Positions 38,361-50,944 of a stretch of DNA of 60,000 nt are shown in pieces. Source of the DNA: Camelus dromedarius (lineage: Eukaryota); contig NC_087437.1 in the NCBI RefSeq assembly GCF_036321535.1, positions 86,492,001 through 86,552,000 on the forward strand, in the 5' to 3' direction. The position numbers were made by a program, and so were the translations under genes. Under the pieces are notes generated by a model. That model was given only the letters and a program-made list of their open reading frames with translations, was not told the DNA's origin and did not search any database. Each line of letters begins with the position of its first letter. The first letter of the stretch is position 1.

Positions 38361-41300
38361 CAGTAATGCTAGAATATAAGACTTTATAATCATTAATTCC
38401 AACTGTTAGTTCCTGAATTTACCATTATTGAGAGTACTATCAAGCCCAATGAAATGGAAATACTCTGTTACTTGGTGATTGTCTTTTCCCTGTATTGTAG
38501 GACATAAAACTTTCTTTTTAAAACAGTTAAAATAAAAAAGTATGAAAATCTTTAAATATTTTTTTCCTCTCCTTATTGTCCTAAAGATGCCAAGCATCAC
38601 ATTCCCTTCATTATGAAAATAGTGGGCTTATTGTCCTGAAGATTATTGCTTCTCCTATAATTTGATAGTTCCTCACTGAAACAGTTTGTTGAGTTTATTT
38701 TCTTTCTCTCTCACTTTTCTTGCTACTTGTTTATAGAGAAATACATACTTAAAAATTATTTCCCACTGTAGTTATGGGTTTCTCTTCTCTCTTTGAGTAC
38801 TTTCTCTTATTTGGCAGCAAGAAATATTGAGGTCCTACAGGGCAGCAGTATTGTCTATTTTTATAGTGTTATTCTCTTGTGAGGCTGTTATTCAATTTAA
38901 AGAATAAATTGCATTTTGTGTGAAGTGCTGTAGGGCAAGGTTGACCAGATGACCCAGGTTTGTAGACTTCTATTTTTTGAAGATATGCTTTCAGTACTGC
39001 CCTTTTGGAATGGAAATCTGTTCTATGTTTCTAGTCTGTAATGGGCCATCTTAGCATTTTTAGTTCCAGACTATAGAAATAGAGAGATATAGAAAACACA
39101 TAGTCAGAACTTGCACTATTTTCTCATGCTGCTAAAGCTTCTCAAATTTTAGAGGCAAAACTGAAAACTGATTTGGTTATACTGTCATATTTTTTATTAT
39201 TTTTACTTTTTAGAATAATTCACTCTGTTAAAGAGAAGAGAGTTTCTCCCTTTTTTAAGAACTAAGAAGTTAAATAATTAAAAAAATCCCGTCTGTGAAT
39301 TTAGGAGGATTTTTATATTAAACATAGATGTATTCATTGCTGGCGCTAGGAGAAAATATGGCTGGGGGAATGTTCAAACGTTTAGCAAAATTCTAGCGTT
39401 GCTATATGCATAATTCATGCATGATTAAAAGATGTTAGAGATATTTTTCTTTCTTGAGGAATCACACTATCTTCTGCAATATTTTTGCATCTACTCTCTT
39501 CCTGGAATATTATCAATTATCTATTGAGGCTCCTGGCATAAAGAAGAAACTTGCCATAATTCTGAGAATAAAACCATGTTCAGATTTTTGGCATTTTGGC
39601 GAGTCATTGCATCACCTTCCTTTCAATGTAATACATTATTTTTATTTATATTATGTGAAATATATTTGAATTAAAGTAGTTCCAGGAAGGTCATGAATTT
39701 AACAAAAATCTCCAGCTGATAAATTGCTTATCAGTTTTTAAAATTAAACAGCTTATGTCTCCAATTGTATGTTGAAGGAAAAATATTTCAGAATACTATT
39801 TGCATTTAAATAAGGTTTGAAATACCTGGAATGGAAGTAAAGTTTTTCAAATAAAAAATGCATACTGCTGTGAAAATAAGAGAATTTTGGTAGTTTTTAA
39901 AATTTAGAAAATAACTATCATAAACTGTTTTTACTCCTGAAAAGACAGTTTAACATGCTCATACAATAGTGAGGATAAAGAATTCTACCATTTCAGTTAG
40001 TTAACCAAATTACATTGAATACATGGGCAGTGTTTTTTTTGAAAATGAGACCAATCTGATACGAGTTTGAAAGATTCTTCATGTCTTCTTACTATAACAT
40101 TTCAAGTTTTAATAAATCAGTTTAATACTAATGTAGTTAACTTTCACTGTGAGAGAATTTACAGATGGTACTCAAATTCTAATTTTATTTTAAAGAATAG
40201 ACATATTGGTTGCTGAGTATAAGAATATTTCTTTAATTGATGTAAAGCAGAGAAATAAACTGTCTAGTTTTTAAAACTATATAAATATTGACATTTAAAT
40301 GATTAGCTTTATGAACTTTTTGTTGCCAATTCATATAGAAAACCTAATAACTGATTCATTACCAGTGAAGTGGGAATTAAGTATATGGACATATTAGCTA
40401 TAAATGTATACAGTTTTCACTAGGGAAGATTCATTCAGCCTTCATCAGATAGAAATATATCTCAATTAGCTATAACATTAAAGTAGGGAAAGAATCACAA
40501 GACCAAAAGAGCAAAATGCCTGGGAAAGAAAATTATAAACTTTGCTACAAAATTATTAACTTCTTTGTCTTCAGTTACAGCAAGGCGGGAGTATCGCATT
40601 TCTTTGTTGTTAGGAGAGGCCAGTCATATAAAACACTGACCCAGGTTCTTGTTCTGTAAAACTCTGTGGGAGAGTTACAGTCCACTGGCAAAATTTAGTC
40701 TGTAAAAGCATGACCACAATTAATAGATGCTTTTCTCCTGACTGAATTAATTCCCTGTTGTTTAAACGGAAAAAATTTTTTTTTGAAACTATTCAATAGC
40801 AAAGTAGACTAAAGTATTCCCTTATAGAGACAGCTTCTCCTTCCTTCACATCATTGGTTGATATAATCTTTCCCTCTCTTGGTAGTTGCTTTTACCGTGC
40901 TTATTTCAGTTCGGGAAATGAAATTCCCATAGACTGGCAGGGGCCAATTATTTAGTTCTATAAAGTTGTAGATTTAGATTCAGTATGGCGTCTCTCACCT
41001 CGTTAGAGGTTTACATTCAGAGCCACTAAACCTTAGTCATCTATGCTGTTTTTGAGAAACAAATATATCAGACTATAGGATTTCAATTTGGTGAAATTAG
41101 AAACTGCAAGCTTAATTTTAAAGCCTGACATTTTAAAATACTCAATAATGTTTGAAATTTCTTCTTTTACACTTCGGTTGTTATAAATTCTGTTTGAGCA
41201 GTGATTTTGTTGATTTGAGAAAGTAGAAAGAATGTAATGTTGGTAATTAGAAGATTTGATTCTAATTTTGGTTTTGTCCTTAATTGACTTTTCAGCATTT

Positions 41301-41629
41301 TTCAATACGCTTAACTTCCTTGGGCTTAATTATCTTCATTAGTAGAATAAGAAGGTTGGGTGAAATGATCTTTTTTGGCTTCCACATCCTTGGCTTGCAC
41401 CTGCTGTGATTTGCTCTGATATTGAAGCTATCTGTTTTAAGAGATTTTGAAGTTTCTGAAGAAAACTCTTATATTTACTATAGTGTATTCCATACTTATT
41501 TCCTGATTGTTGTACACTTTGTGATGTACACAGAATTCATATTTCTTGTATTTAAGTTACAGAAGCAGAAATCTGATTATGCAGTTTATTTAACAAGTTA
41601 TTTTAGGCAAAGATCATATCTTATATTTT

Positions 41630-42500
41630 ACTGAAGAGGGTGAGAGACAAGAAATAATAACAACAAAAATTATAATATATAAGAAACAAAATATATAACA
41701 TTATGTTAGAAATTCATACGTGTTATAGACAAAGAAAAATAGAACAAGTAGAGGGATTGTGGTGGATTGCCTTATTAATTAGGGTGGGAGGTAGGGTTCA
41801 TCAGGGAGAAGTTTAACAAAAACTTGGAAGAAGTGATGGAGTTAGCCAAGTCAATATCTGGCAAAGACCAGTTTCAGCATAAGGAACAGCTAAGATCCTA
41901 ATGAAGGAATGGCTCTATAGTGTTCATAGAACAGCAAGGAAATCAGTATAGTTGGGGCTTTGTCTGTAAAAAGTGTGAATGATTGATTTCACTGATGACC
42001 CCAATATGTCTTTTGGTCCTTATACCGTTTGATAGTGCTTCTCAATGCTGACCCTGGTTTTGGCCATATGACTTGCTTTGCAATGGGATGGCAGTGAACT
42101 TGATTCCAGGGAGCTAGTAAAAGCTTTTTCCCTTTCTCTTAGAACCCTGCCACTGCCATGCCACTATCCCAGGGAGGATGAAAGACCACATGGAACAGAT
42201 CTGAGGCATCGGCCTGAGGCCATCCTAGGCTAGACCGCCCTAGGGAACCCACCAGCTGACAGTGAACACTGGACAGCTGACCATTAGGTTCATGAGAACT
42301 AACAAAGTGTTGTTTAAGACAATTTTGAGGTATTTGTCTTGTAGCAGTAACTAACTGACCCAAGAAGTGATGTCAGTGTGATAATGGAGGTTGGGGGGTA
42401 AATCTTTTGGGGCCTTGTTAGGATTATAAAAGTTTTGCTTTTACTCTGAGTAAAATGAGAAATCATGACAAGGTTTAGAACAGACATATGACATGATCTT
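41630..42500 (-). mobile_element. L2 remnant interrupted by an MLT1-type LTR (~41975-42362)
   Basis: L2 motifs GGAGTTAGCCAAG..GAACAGCAAGGA and TTTTACTCTGAGTAAAATGAGAA. LTR motifs GGCCATATGACTTGCTTTG and TTTTGAGGTATTTGT..GCAGTAACTAACTGAC. Confidence 0.65.
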
Positions 42501-44700
42501 TTATTTATTTATCTATTTATTTAATATATATATATTTTATTGAAGTATAGTCAGTTTATAGCCCACATCTTTATCCGATAATCTGTTGATGAACATTTAG
42601 GTTGCTTCCATGTCTTGGCTATTATAAATAGTGCTGCTATGAACATAGGGGTGCATGTATCTTTTCATATTAGAGTTTCCTCTGGAGATATACCCAGGAG
42701 TGGGATTGCTGGATCTTATGGTACGTCTGTTTTTTGGTTTTTCAAGGAATCTCCATAATGTTTTCCATAGTGACTGCACCAAACTACATTCCCACCAACA
42801 GTATAGTAGGATTCCCTTTTCTCCACATCCTCTCCAGCATTTACTGTTTATGAACTTTTTAATGATGGACATTTTGACCAGTGTGAGGTGATACCTCATT
42901 GAAGTTTTGATTTGCATTTCTGTATAATTGCAATATTGAGCATCTTTTCACATGCCTGTTGACCATCTGTATGTCTTCATTGGAGAAACATCTGTTTAGG
43001 TCTTCTGACCATTTTTTGACTAGGTTGCTTTTTTTGTTGTTGTTATTGAGTTGTGTGTACTGTTTGTATATTCTAGAAATTTAGCCCTGTCAGTCATATC
43101 ATTTGCAAATATTTTCTCCCATCCATAGGTTGCCTTTTGTTTTGCTTATGGTTTTCTTTGCTGTGAAAAAATCAGATACACTTAATTAGGTGCCATTTGT
43201 TTGTTTTTGCTTTTATTTTTATTACCTTGGTAGAATGCCCTAGATGAACATTGCTAAGATTTATGTCAGACGGTCTTACCTATATTTTCTTCTAGAAGGC
43301 TTATAGTGTCTTGTCTTACATTTAAATCTTTAAGCCACTTTAACTTTATTTTTGTGTATGATGTGAGGGAGTATTCCAACTTTATTGGTTTATGTACAGC
43401 TGTCCAGCTTTCTCAGCACCATTTGCTGAAGAGACTGTCATTTCTCTATTGTATATTCTTGCCTCCTTTGTCTAAGATTAATTGACCGTAAGTGTGTAGG
43501 TTCATTTCTGGGCTCTCTGTTCTGATTCATTGATCTGTATGTCTGCTTTTGTGCCAGTACCACACTGTTTTTATTAATGTAGCTCTGTAGTATTGTCTGA
43601 AGTCTGGGAGGGTTATGCCTCCAGCTTAGTTTTTTCTTTAGCACTGCTTTGGCAAGTATGGGTCTTTGGTAATTCAATATAAATTTCAGGATTATTTGTT
43701 CTAGTTCTGTGAAAAGTATTCTGGGTAATTTTAATAGGGATTACATGAAATCTGTAATTGGGTAATATGGCTATTTTAACAATATTAATTCTTCCAATCC
43801 AAGAGCATGAGATATCTTTCCATTTCTTTAAATGACCTTTAATTTAATTTATCAATGCTTTACAATCCTCAGCATTTAAGTCTTTCACCTCCTTGGTCAA
43901 GTTTATTCCTAAGTATTTTATTTTATTTTATTTTATTTTACTTTTGATGTGATTTTAAAGAGATTTTTTTTTAATTTTCCTATTCTGATATTTCATTGTT
44001 AGTGTAGAGAAATGCAACAGATTTGTGTGTGTTAATGTTGTAACCTGCTACCTTGCTGAATTTGTTTATCAGCTGTAGTAGTTTTTGTGTGGAGTATTTA
44101 GGGTTTTCTAAATATAGTATTAAGTCATCTGTGTATAGTGATAGTTTTACCTCTCCTCTTCCAATTTGGATCCCTTTTATTTCTTTTTCTCATCTGATTG
44201 CTATGGCTAGGGCTTCCAATTAATGTTGAATGGAAGTGGTGAGAGTTGGCATCCTTGTCCTATTCCAGATTTTAGCAGGAAGGCTTTCAACTTTTCATTG
44301 TTGAGTGGTGGGTTTGTCATAAATAGCTTTTATTATGTTGAGATATGTTGCCTCTATTCCCACTTTGGTAAGAATTTTTATTGATGTTGATTTTATCAAA
44401 TGCTTTTTCTGCATCTATTGATATGATCATTTAGTTTCTGTCCTTTCTTTTGTTAATGTGGTATATCACACTGATTGATTTTCACATGTCGAACCATCCT
44501 TGTGACATTGAGATGAATCCAACTTGGTCATGGTGTACGATCTCTTTTATGTGTTGTTGGATTGTTTGTTAATGTTTTGTTGAGAATTTTTGCATCTATA
44601 TTCATCATAGATATTGGCCTATAATTTACTTTTTTGGTCGTGTCTTTGTCTGGTTTTGGTATCAGGGTAATGGTGGCTTCATAGAATAAGTTTGGGAGTG
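42500..44700 (-). mobile_element. Artiodactyl/camelid L1, 3' part of ORF2 plus internally deleted 3'UTR
   Basis: ORFs [27 protein letters not shown] (ORF2p C-terminal Cys-rich region) and [32 protein letters not shown] (RT N-terminal). A/T-rich tail at 42500-42540. Confidence 0.95.
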
Positions 44701-45007
44701 TTGTGAGGCATTTATTCTTAACATTGTCATCTTGTATTTCAAAAGATGATTCCTTCTTCCTCATCCCCTACATGTAGTTTCTGTATTCCTGGCATGAAGA
44801 TGGGTGAGGGAAAAATGACAAAATTATGTGCCAGCTTAGTCTTGCACTTTACAGTTTTCCTGGAATTCATCCTAAGAGAGTTCTGCTGAAATCTCATTGG
44901 TCAGAAATAGAAGAGAGGCTGAAGTACATAATTGTTTATTGCTGTCCTTGACAAAATCTAGGTTCTGTTAATTTAAAAAAAAGAAAATAAAAATAGACAT
45001 TGGTTAG

Positions 45008-48000
45008 TATGATGGTTAATTTTATGTGTTGACTTGGCGAGGCTGAAGTGCTTAGTTGTTTGGTCAAACACAAGTCTCAATTTTGCTATGAATGCATATT
45101 TTAGATGTGGCTAACATTTACATCAGTAGACTTTGGTGGATTTCCTTTCGTAATGTGGGTGGCCTCATGCAATCAAAGACCTTGAGATAAAAGACTGAGG
45201 TCTCCTGAAGAGATGAGAATGTAAGAGTGGACTTATCATGTAAGACCTGGTCATCCACCCTAGGAGGGTCTAGAGAACACATCTTTCACCACAACTATGA
45301 GAAATAAATCTTGGTGACATCTAGCATCTTTGAAGAGCTTCTGGTAACTCTGTGGGTCAGAGATTATAGTGGGAAATTAACTGGGAAACCGAAATGCAAT
45401 GAAGATTGTTGGATCTTGGGGTGGCAAAAGCCAAGTGGCAACAATTAATCACCAAAATCAAGGTGAGTGTGGTTATAATAATGAACAGCAGAGTCAAAGC
45501 ACTTATCAGATTAGTCTGAATGATAACAGTTTTATGTCATTGGCTAGTTGAATCAAAGTGTTCCTAGAAGTGAAATAGATGGGAAGTATACTAAATTTTC
45601 ACTTAGTTTATATAAGCAGAAAAGTTGTAGGCCAAGTAAGTAAAAGTCTAGCTTGAATCATAAAAATGGGGAGTTATGGCTCCTAAATCAATTCCCAGAC
45701 TTGAGCTGGTTTACAGACCCAGAACCCTTTGACTGAAGAGGAGGCTGAATCCCCTTGAGTAAAAACTCAGCTGTACTGACAAAAATTTATACAGTTAATC
45801 TTTCTCCCAGGCTTCCCCAAAGGGATCTACAGCCTTTTACCGGGTGACTGTGCATTGGGGAAAGGGAAATAATTAGGCTCTTCAGGGATTACTGGACAGT
45901 GGCTCTGAACTGACACTATTTGCAGGAGATCCAAAATGCCACTGTGGTCTACCGGTCAGAGTAGGAGTTTATGGAGGGGAGATTTTAGCTCAGATTCATT
46001 TCATAGTGGGTCCAGTGGGTCTCTTAGCCAATACTTTGGTTATTTCTCCAGCTCTGAAATGCATAATTGGAATAGACGTACTAAACAACTGGAAAATCCC
46101 CACGGTGGTACCTTGATCTGTGGAATGAGGGCTATTTTGGTGAGAAAGGCCAAGTGGAAGCCACTAGAACTGCCTCCATCTAGGAAAATAGTAAATTAAG
46201 ATCAATTACTCATTTCTGGAAGTATTGCAGAAATTAGTGCCACCATCAAAGATTGGAAAGATGCAGGGGTGGTGATTCCACCACGTCCCTGTTCAGCTTG
46301 CCTATTTGGCCCCTGCATAAAGCAGATGAATGTTGGAGAATGGCAGTGCATTATTGTAAGCATAACCAGGTGGTAACCCCAGTTGCTGCTGTTGTACCAG
46401 ATGTGATTTCATTGCTTGAAAAAATTAACACATCCTCTAGGACCTGGTATGTGGTTATTGATCTGGCAAATGATTTTTTTTCTCTATTACTGTTAGTAAA
46501 GACCACCAGAGTGGTTTGCTTTCAGCTGGCAAAGCCAACAAAACACATTCACTGTCATATCTTAGAGATATATCAAGTATTCAGCCTAGTGGCATAATTT
46601 AGTTTGCAGGAATCTTGATTGCTTTTCCCTTCCACAAGATGTCACACTAACTCATTATGTTAACATTATGGCATTATGCTGATTGAACATTTTGAGCAAA
46701 AAGTAGCAACTACTCTAGACTTGTTGGTAAGACATTTGCATGTTAGAGGATGAGAAATAAATCAAACAAAAATTCAGGGGTCTTCTACATCAGTGAAATT
46801 TCTAAGGATCTAGTGGTGTGGGGCAAGTCAAGTCATTTTAAGGTGAAGGATAAGTTGTTTCATCTGGCTACTCCAGTAGCCAAAAAAGAGATATAATAAG
46901 TAGTGATCCTCTTTGGATTTTGAAGGCAACATATTCCTCATTTGGGTGTGTCACTCCAGCCCATTTACCAAGTGACCAAAAAGCCACTAGTTTTGATTGG
47001 GGCCTAGAACAAGAGAAGGGTCTGCTATGCCTAGCTGCTCTGCCACTTGGGCCATATGATCCAGTAGATCCAGTGGTGCTTCAGTTGCAAATAAGGATTT
47101 TGTTTGGGGCCTTTAATAGGTCCCTATAGATGAATAACAGTTCAGAATCTTCAGATTTTGGAGCAAACCCTGTCATGTCCTGTGGATAACTACTCTCCTT
47201 TTGAGAAACAGCTTTTGGTTTGCTATTGGGCCTTAGAAACAGAATGCTGACTATGGGCCACTAAGTTACCAGGTGACCTGAGATGCCCATCATAAACTGA
47301 ATATTGTCTGACCCATCAAGCCATAAAGGTTGGGGTGCACAGTAATACTTCATCATTAAATGCAAGTAGTGCTTATAGGATTAGGCTTGAACAGACTCTG
47401 AAGGCACAAGTAGATTCCATCAAGAAGTGACCCAAATCCCCACAGTCCCTCTCCTATTAAATTACTGTAACTCTCTCAGCCTGTACCTGTACCTTATGGG
47501 GAGTTCTCTATGATCAGTTGATAGAGAAAGAGAAAATTTGGATCTCATTTACAATGGTTCTGTACAATAGGCAGGCATCACCTGGAAGTAAAGAGCTGTA
47601 GTGCTATAGCTCATTTCTGGGATATCCCTGAAGGGCAGTGTGAGGGGAAGTCTTCCCAGTGGACAGAACTTCAAGCAGTCTATCTGGTTGTTCATTTTTC
47701 TTGGAAGAAAAAATGTCAGATACACGATTGTGTATCAATTGAGGACCTGTGGCCAATGGTTTGGCTAGATGGTTAGGGACTTGGAAGGAAGCATAGTTGG
47801 AAAATCGATGACAAGGAGACGTAGGGAAGAGGTATATGGATGGGCCTCTGTGAATGGGTAAAAATGTGAAGATATTTGTGTCCTATGTGAATGCTTACCA
47901 AAGAGCAACCTCAGCAGAGGCGAATTTTAATAATCAAATGGATAGGATGACCCATTCTGTGGATACTAGTTAGCCTCTTTCCCTAGCCACCCTTCTCGAT

Positions 48001-49860
48001 ACCCAATGGGCTCATGAACAAAGTGGACGTGGTGGCAGAATTGGAGGATATATATTGAGCTCAGCAACAAAGATTTCCACTCACCAGAGCCAACCTGGCT
48101 ATAGCCACTGCTGAATGTCCAATGTGTCAGCAACAGAGACCAACACTGTATTTCTAATATGGTGACATTCTCTGGAGTGATCAACCAGCTATCTGGAGGT
48201 GGGTTGATTATATTGAAGAACCACTTGTATCATGAAAGGGTCAGAATTTTGTTCTTACTGGAAAAGACACTGGATACAGATTTGCCTTCCCTGCTTGCAA
48301 TGCTTCTGCCATATCTACTATTTGTGGACTCACCAAATGCCTTGTACAGTCTCACGGTATTCCACATGGTGTTGATTCTGGTCAAGGAACTAATTTTACA
48401 GCAAATGAAGCACATTAATGGGCCCATGCTCACTAGTCTTACCATGGAATCCACTGGTGTTATGCTGAAGCTCTTGGCTTGATAGAATGGTGGAATGGCC
48501 TCTTGAAGATTGAGTTACAGTGCTAGCTAGGTGGCAGTGCCTCGCAGGTCTGTGGCAAGGTTCTTTAGGAGTTTGTACATACTCTAAATCAGTGTTCAAT
48601 CTATGGTGCTGTTTCTCCCAGTCAGGATTTATGGATCCAGGAATTAAGGAGTAAAAATTAGAATAGCACTACTCATCATTACCCCTTATGGTCTGATAGT
48701 AAAAGTTTAGCTTCTTGTCCACATATCTTAAACTCTGCTCTTCGAAGAGTCTTAGCTCTTGAGGGAGGAATGCTACCACTGGGAGACACAGAAATGTTTT
48801 CATTGAACTGGAAGTTAAAACTGCCACCTGACCACTTTGGGTTCCTTATGCCTTGGAATCAACAGGCATGGGAAGTATTTACTGTACTGGCTGGATAATT
48901 GATTCTGATTATCAAGAAGGAATGAGACTACTATTCCACCATGGAGATGAGGAAGAATATGTCTGGAATACAGGAAATCGCTTAGGGAATCCCTTGGTAC
49001 CACCATGCCTCTGATTAAAGTCAGTGGAAAACTACAGCTCAGTTCAGGCAGGACTAATAATAACCCAGACCTTTTAGGAATAAAGATTTGGGTAACTCTA
49101 CTGGGTAAAGGTCAGTAATTGTTAGAAGTATTTCTTCCTTATTTTGTTATAAATGTGTGTGGTGGGGGGAGGGGGCAATATCTGTGTTTTCTTCCTTCTC
49201 GTATTCCCTTATTATATAACATAATATTCATTAAGTTTAAATCATTTATTTAAATTACAGGCTATTGAGGAGAAGAGTGATCATCACCTAAGGACTTTAC
49301 ATACTCTTCTGGGGGAAGCATTTGTGTGTTTTCGATGTACACAGGATAACTGTAGCATATTAGGTGGAAGTATGGCCTTGTTTTTATTTTTGTTTTGAGG
49401 ATAAGGATATTTAAAGTAATGCATATGGTGCCAAACTGACAAAGGATGGACTCTGATGGTTAATGTTATGTGTCAATTTGGCTAAGTTATAGTGCCTGGT
49501 GGTTTGGTCAGATACCACTCTAGATGTTGCTATGATGGTAATTTTTAGATGTGATTAACAGTTAAATCAGTAGACTTTGAGTAAAGATTACCTTTCATAA
49601 TATGGGTGGGCCTCATTCAACTAGTTTGTGGTCTTAGAGGAAAGACTGAAGTCCCTTGAAGAAATTCTGCCTAGAGAGCCTTTGGTCTCAAGATGGCAAT
49701 ATCAGCTCTTCCCTGGGTCTGCAGTCTGCTGAACTGTCCTGTAGATTTTGGACTTGCTAGCTCCCACAATTACATGAACCAATTCCTTAAAAGTAAATCT
49801 CTATCTGTCTATCTGTACATCTTATTGGTTCTGTTTCTTTGGAGAATCCTAACTAATATA
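45008..49860 (+). mobile_element. Decayed ERVL provirus with MLT2-type LTRs: partial 5' LTR 45008-~45220, gag/pro/RT/RNaseH/IN/dUTPase remnants, 3' LTR 49452-49860
   Basis: Protease GLLDSGSELTL at 45886-45918. RT-like PIWP..K..WRM..Y..NQVV..VPDV..WY.VIDLAN.FF (ORF 46253-46597). Integrase-like WAHEQSG..CPMCQQQR at ~48005-48140. dUTPase-like LNWKLKLPPDHFG at ~48800. PPT CAAAGGATGGAC before the 3' LTR. Many stops and frameshifts. Confidence 0.92.
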
Positions 49861-50944
49861 ACTAGCAGTGTCTGCTAGATTAGACTTAAAGCAGTGTTTG
49901 AATTTTATTTTATTTTTTGCATTACAATTTTACATTTTACATTTTTCAACTATAATGCACTTAAAAATAAAGATTTACATGGGAAATGTTATTATTTTAC
50001 AGATGAAGCTATTAAGACTTTTGAGTGGTTGTGAATTTCTAAAGATGATATAAACCTTAACTGTCAGGTCAAAGATTGATGCTCATATTCTGGGGCTACA
50101 AATATCACAGTGGCTTTCCAAGGGGTAGTATTCATTGACAACTGTTAGAGTTAACTTGGGTAATATTATTGCTTATGTATAAAGTGAGCATAATTTTATC
50201 TAAATCAAAAGATTGTTTGACAATTGATTGATATGTATATTCTAGGCTTTTTGGACAGTGCCTGATTGTACCATGTATTGAACAGCTGATACTACTATTT
50301 CTTATTAAAATGAAACTAGTCCTTTTTTTGTATTATATCCATAACTTTTATAAAGAAATCATCTTTATTTTTCTAAAAGTTAAAATGATTCTGTAATGAA
50401 AGTCATGGTTTGAAAACCTTACGCTTTTTTAAGAGTTTTAAAAATGATTAAATTTGATTAAGAAATCTTTTACAGTAAAATAAAAATCTGTAATTACTAT
50501 TGTAAAATCTAGCTATACGGTCTTTCCTGATATGGCAAGATATTGTTTGGGCACCTTGAGTTTAGGATGGGTCAGTGGAGAGAATCAGTGAAGAATGATG
50601 CCAAGTATGAATTCATGCTCCAAAAGATCTAAGAATGCCTTTAGATCTTCTTTAAAAAATTAGGTGTTAATATTTAGAAAGCACTTAGAAAGTGTTTCAT
50701 CTATGGCTACCCAAAGACCCCTTTGGAATATGATTGATTGGCATTTGGCAGACAGTTTTGTTATAGCCTTTTTAGCTTCAATAATAGAAAAAAAAATCAA
50801 AGTGTGCACTTGTGTACTATTCCCAAAGGTAGTAGCAAGAGGATTAAATATAATCGGTTTTCTAGAGTCAGTCACAGCCATAAATATGGTATTGAACGTA
50901 TGTTGAAACAATCTATGAAGGTTCAGAGAATGAAGAATGAGCTT

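Noticed and set aside
45936..49006. Domesticated retroviral gene in the ERVL
   Set aside because: The longest ORF is 114 aa, stops and frameshifts are dense, and the RT YxDD motif is destroyed.
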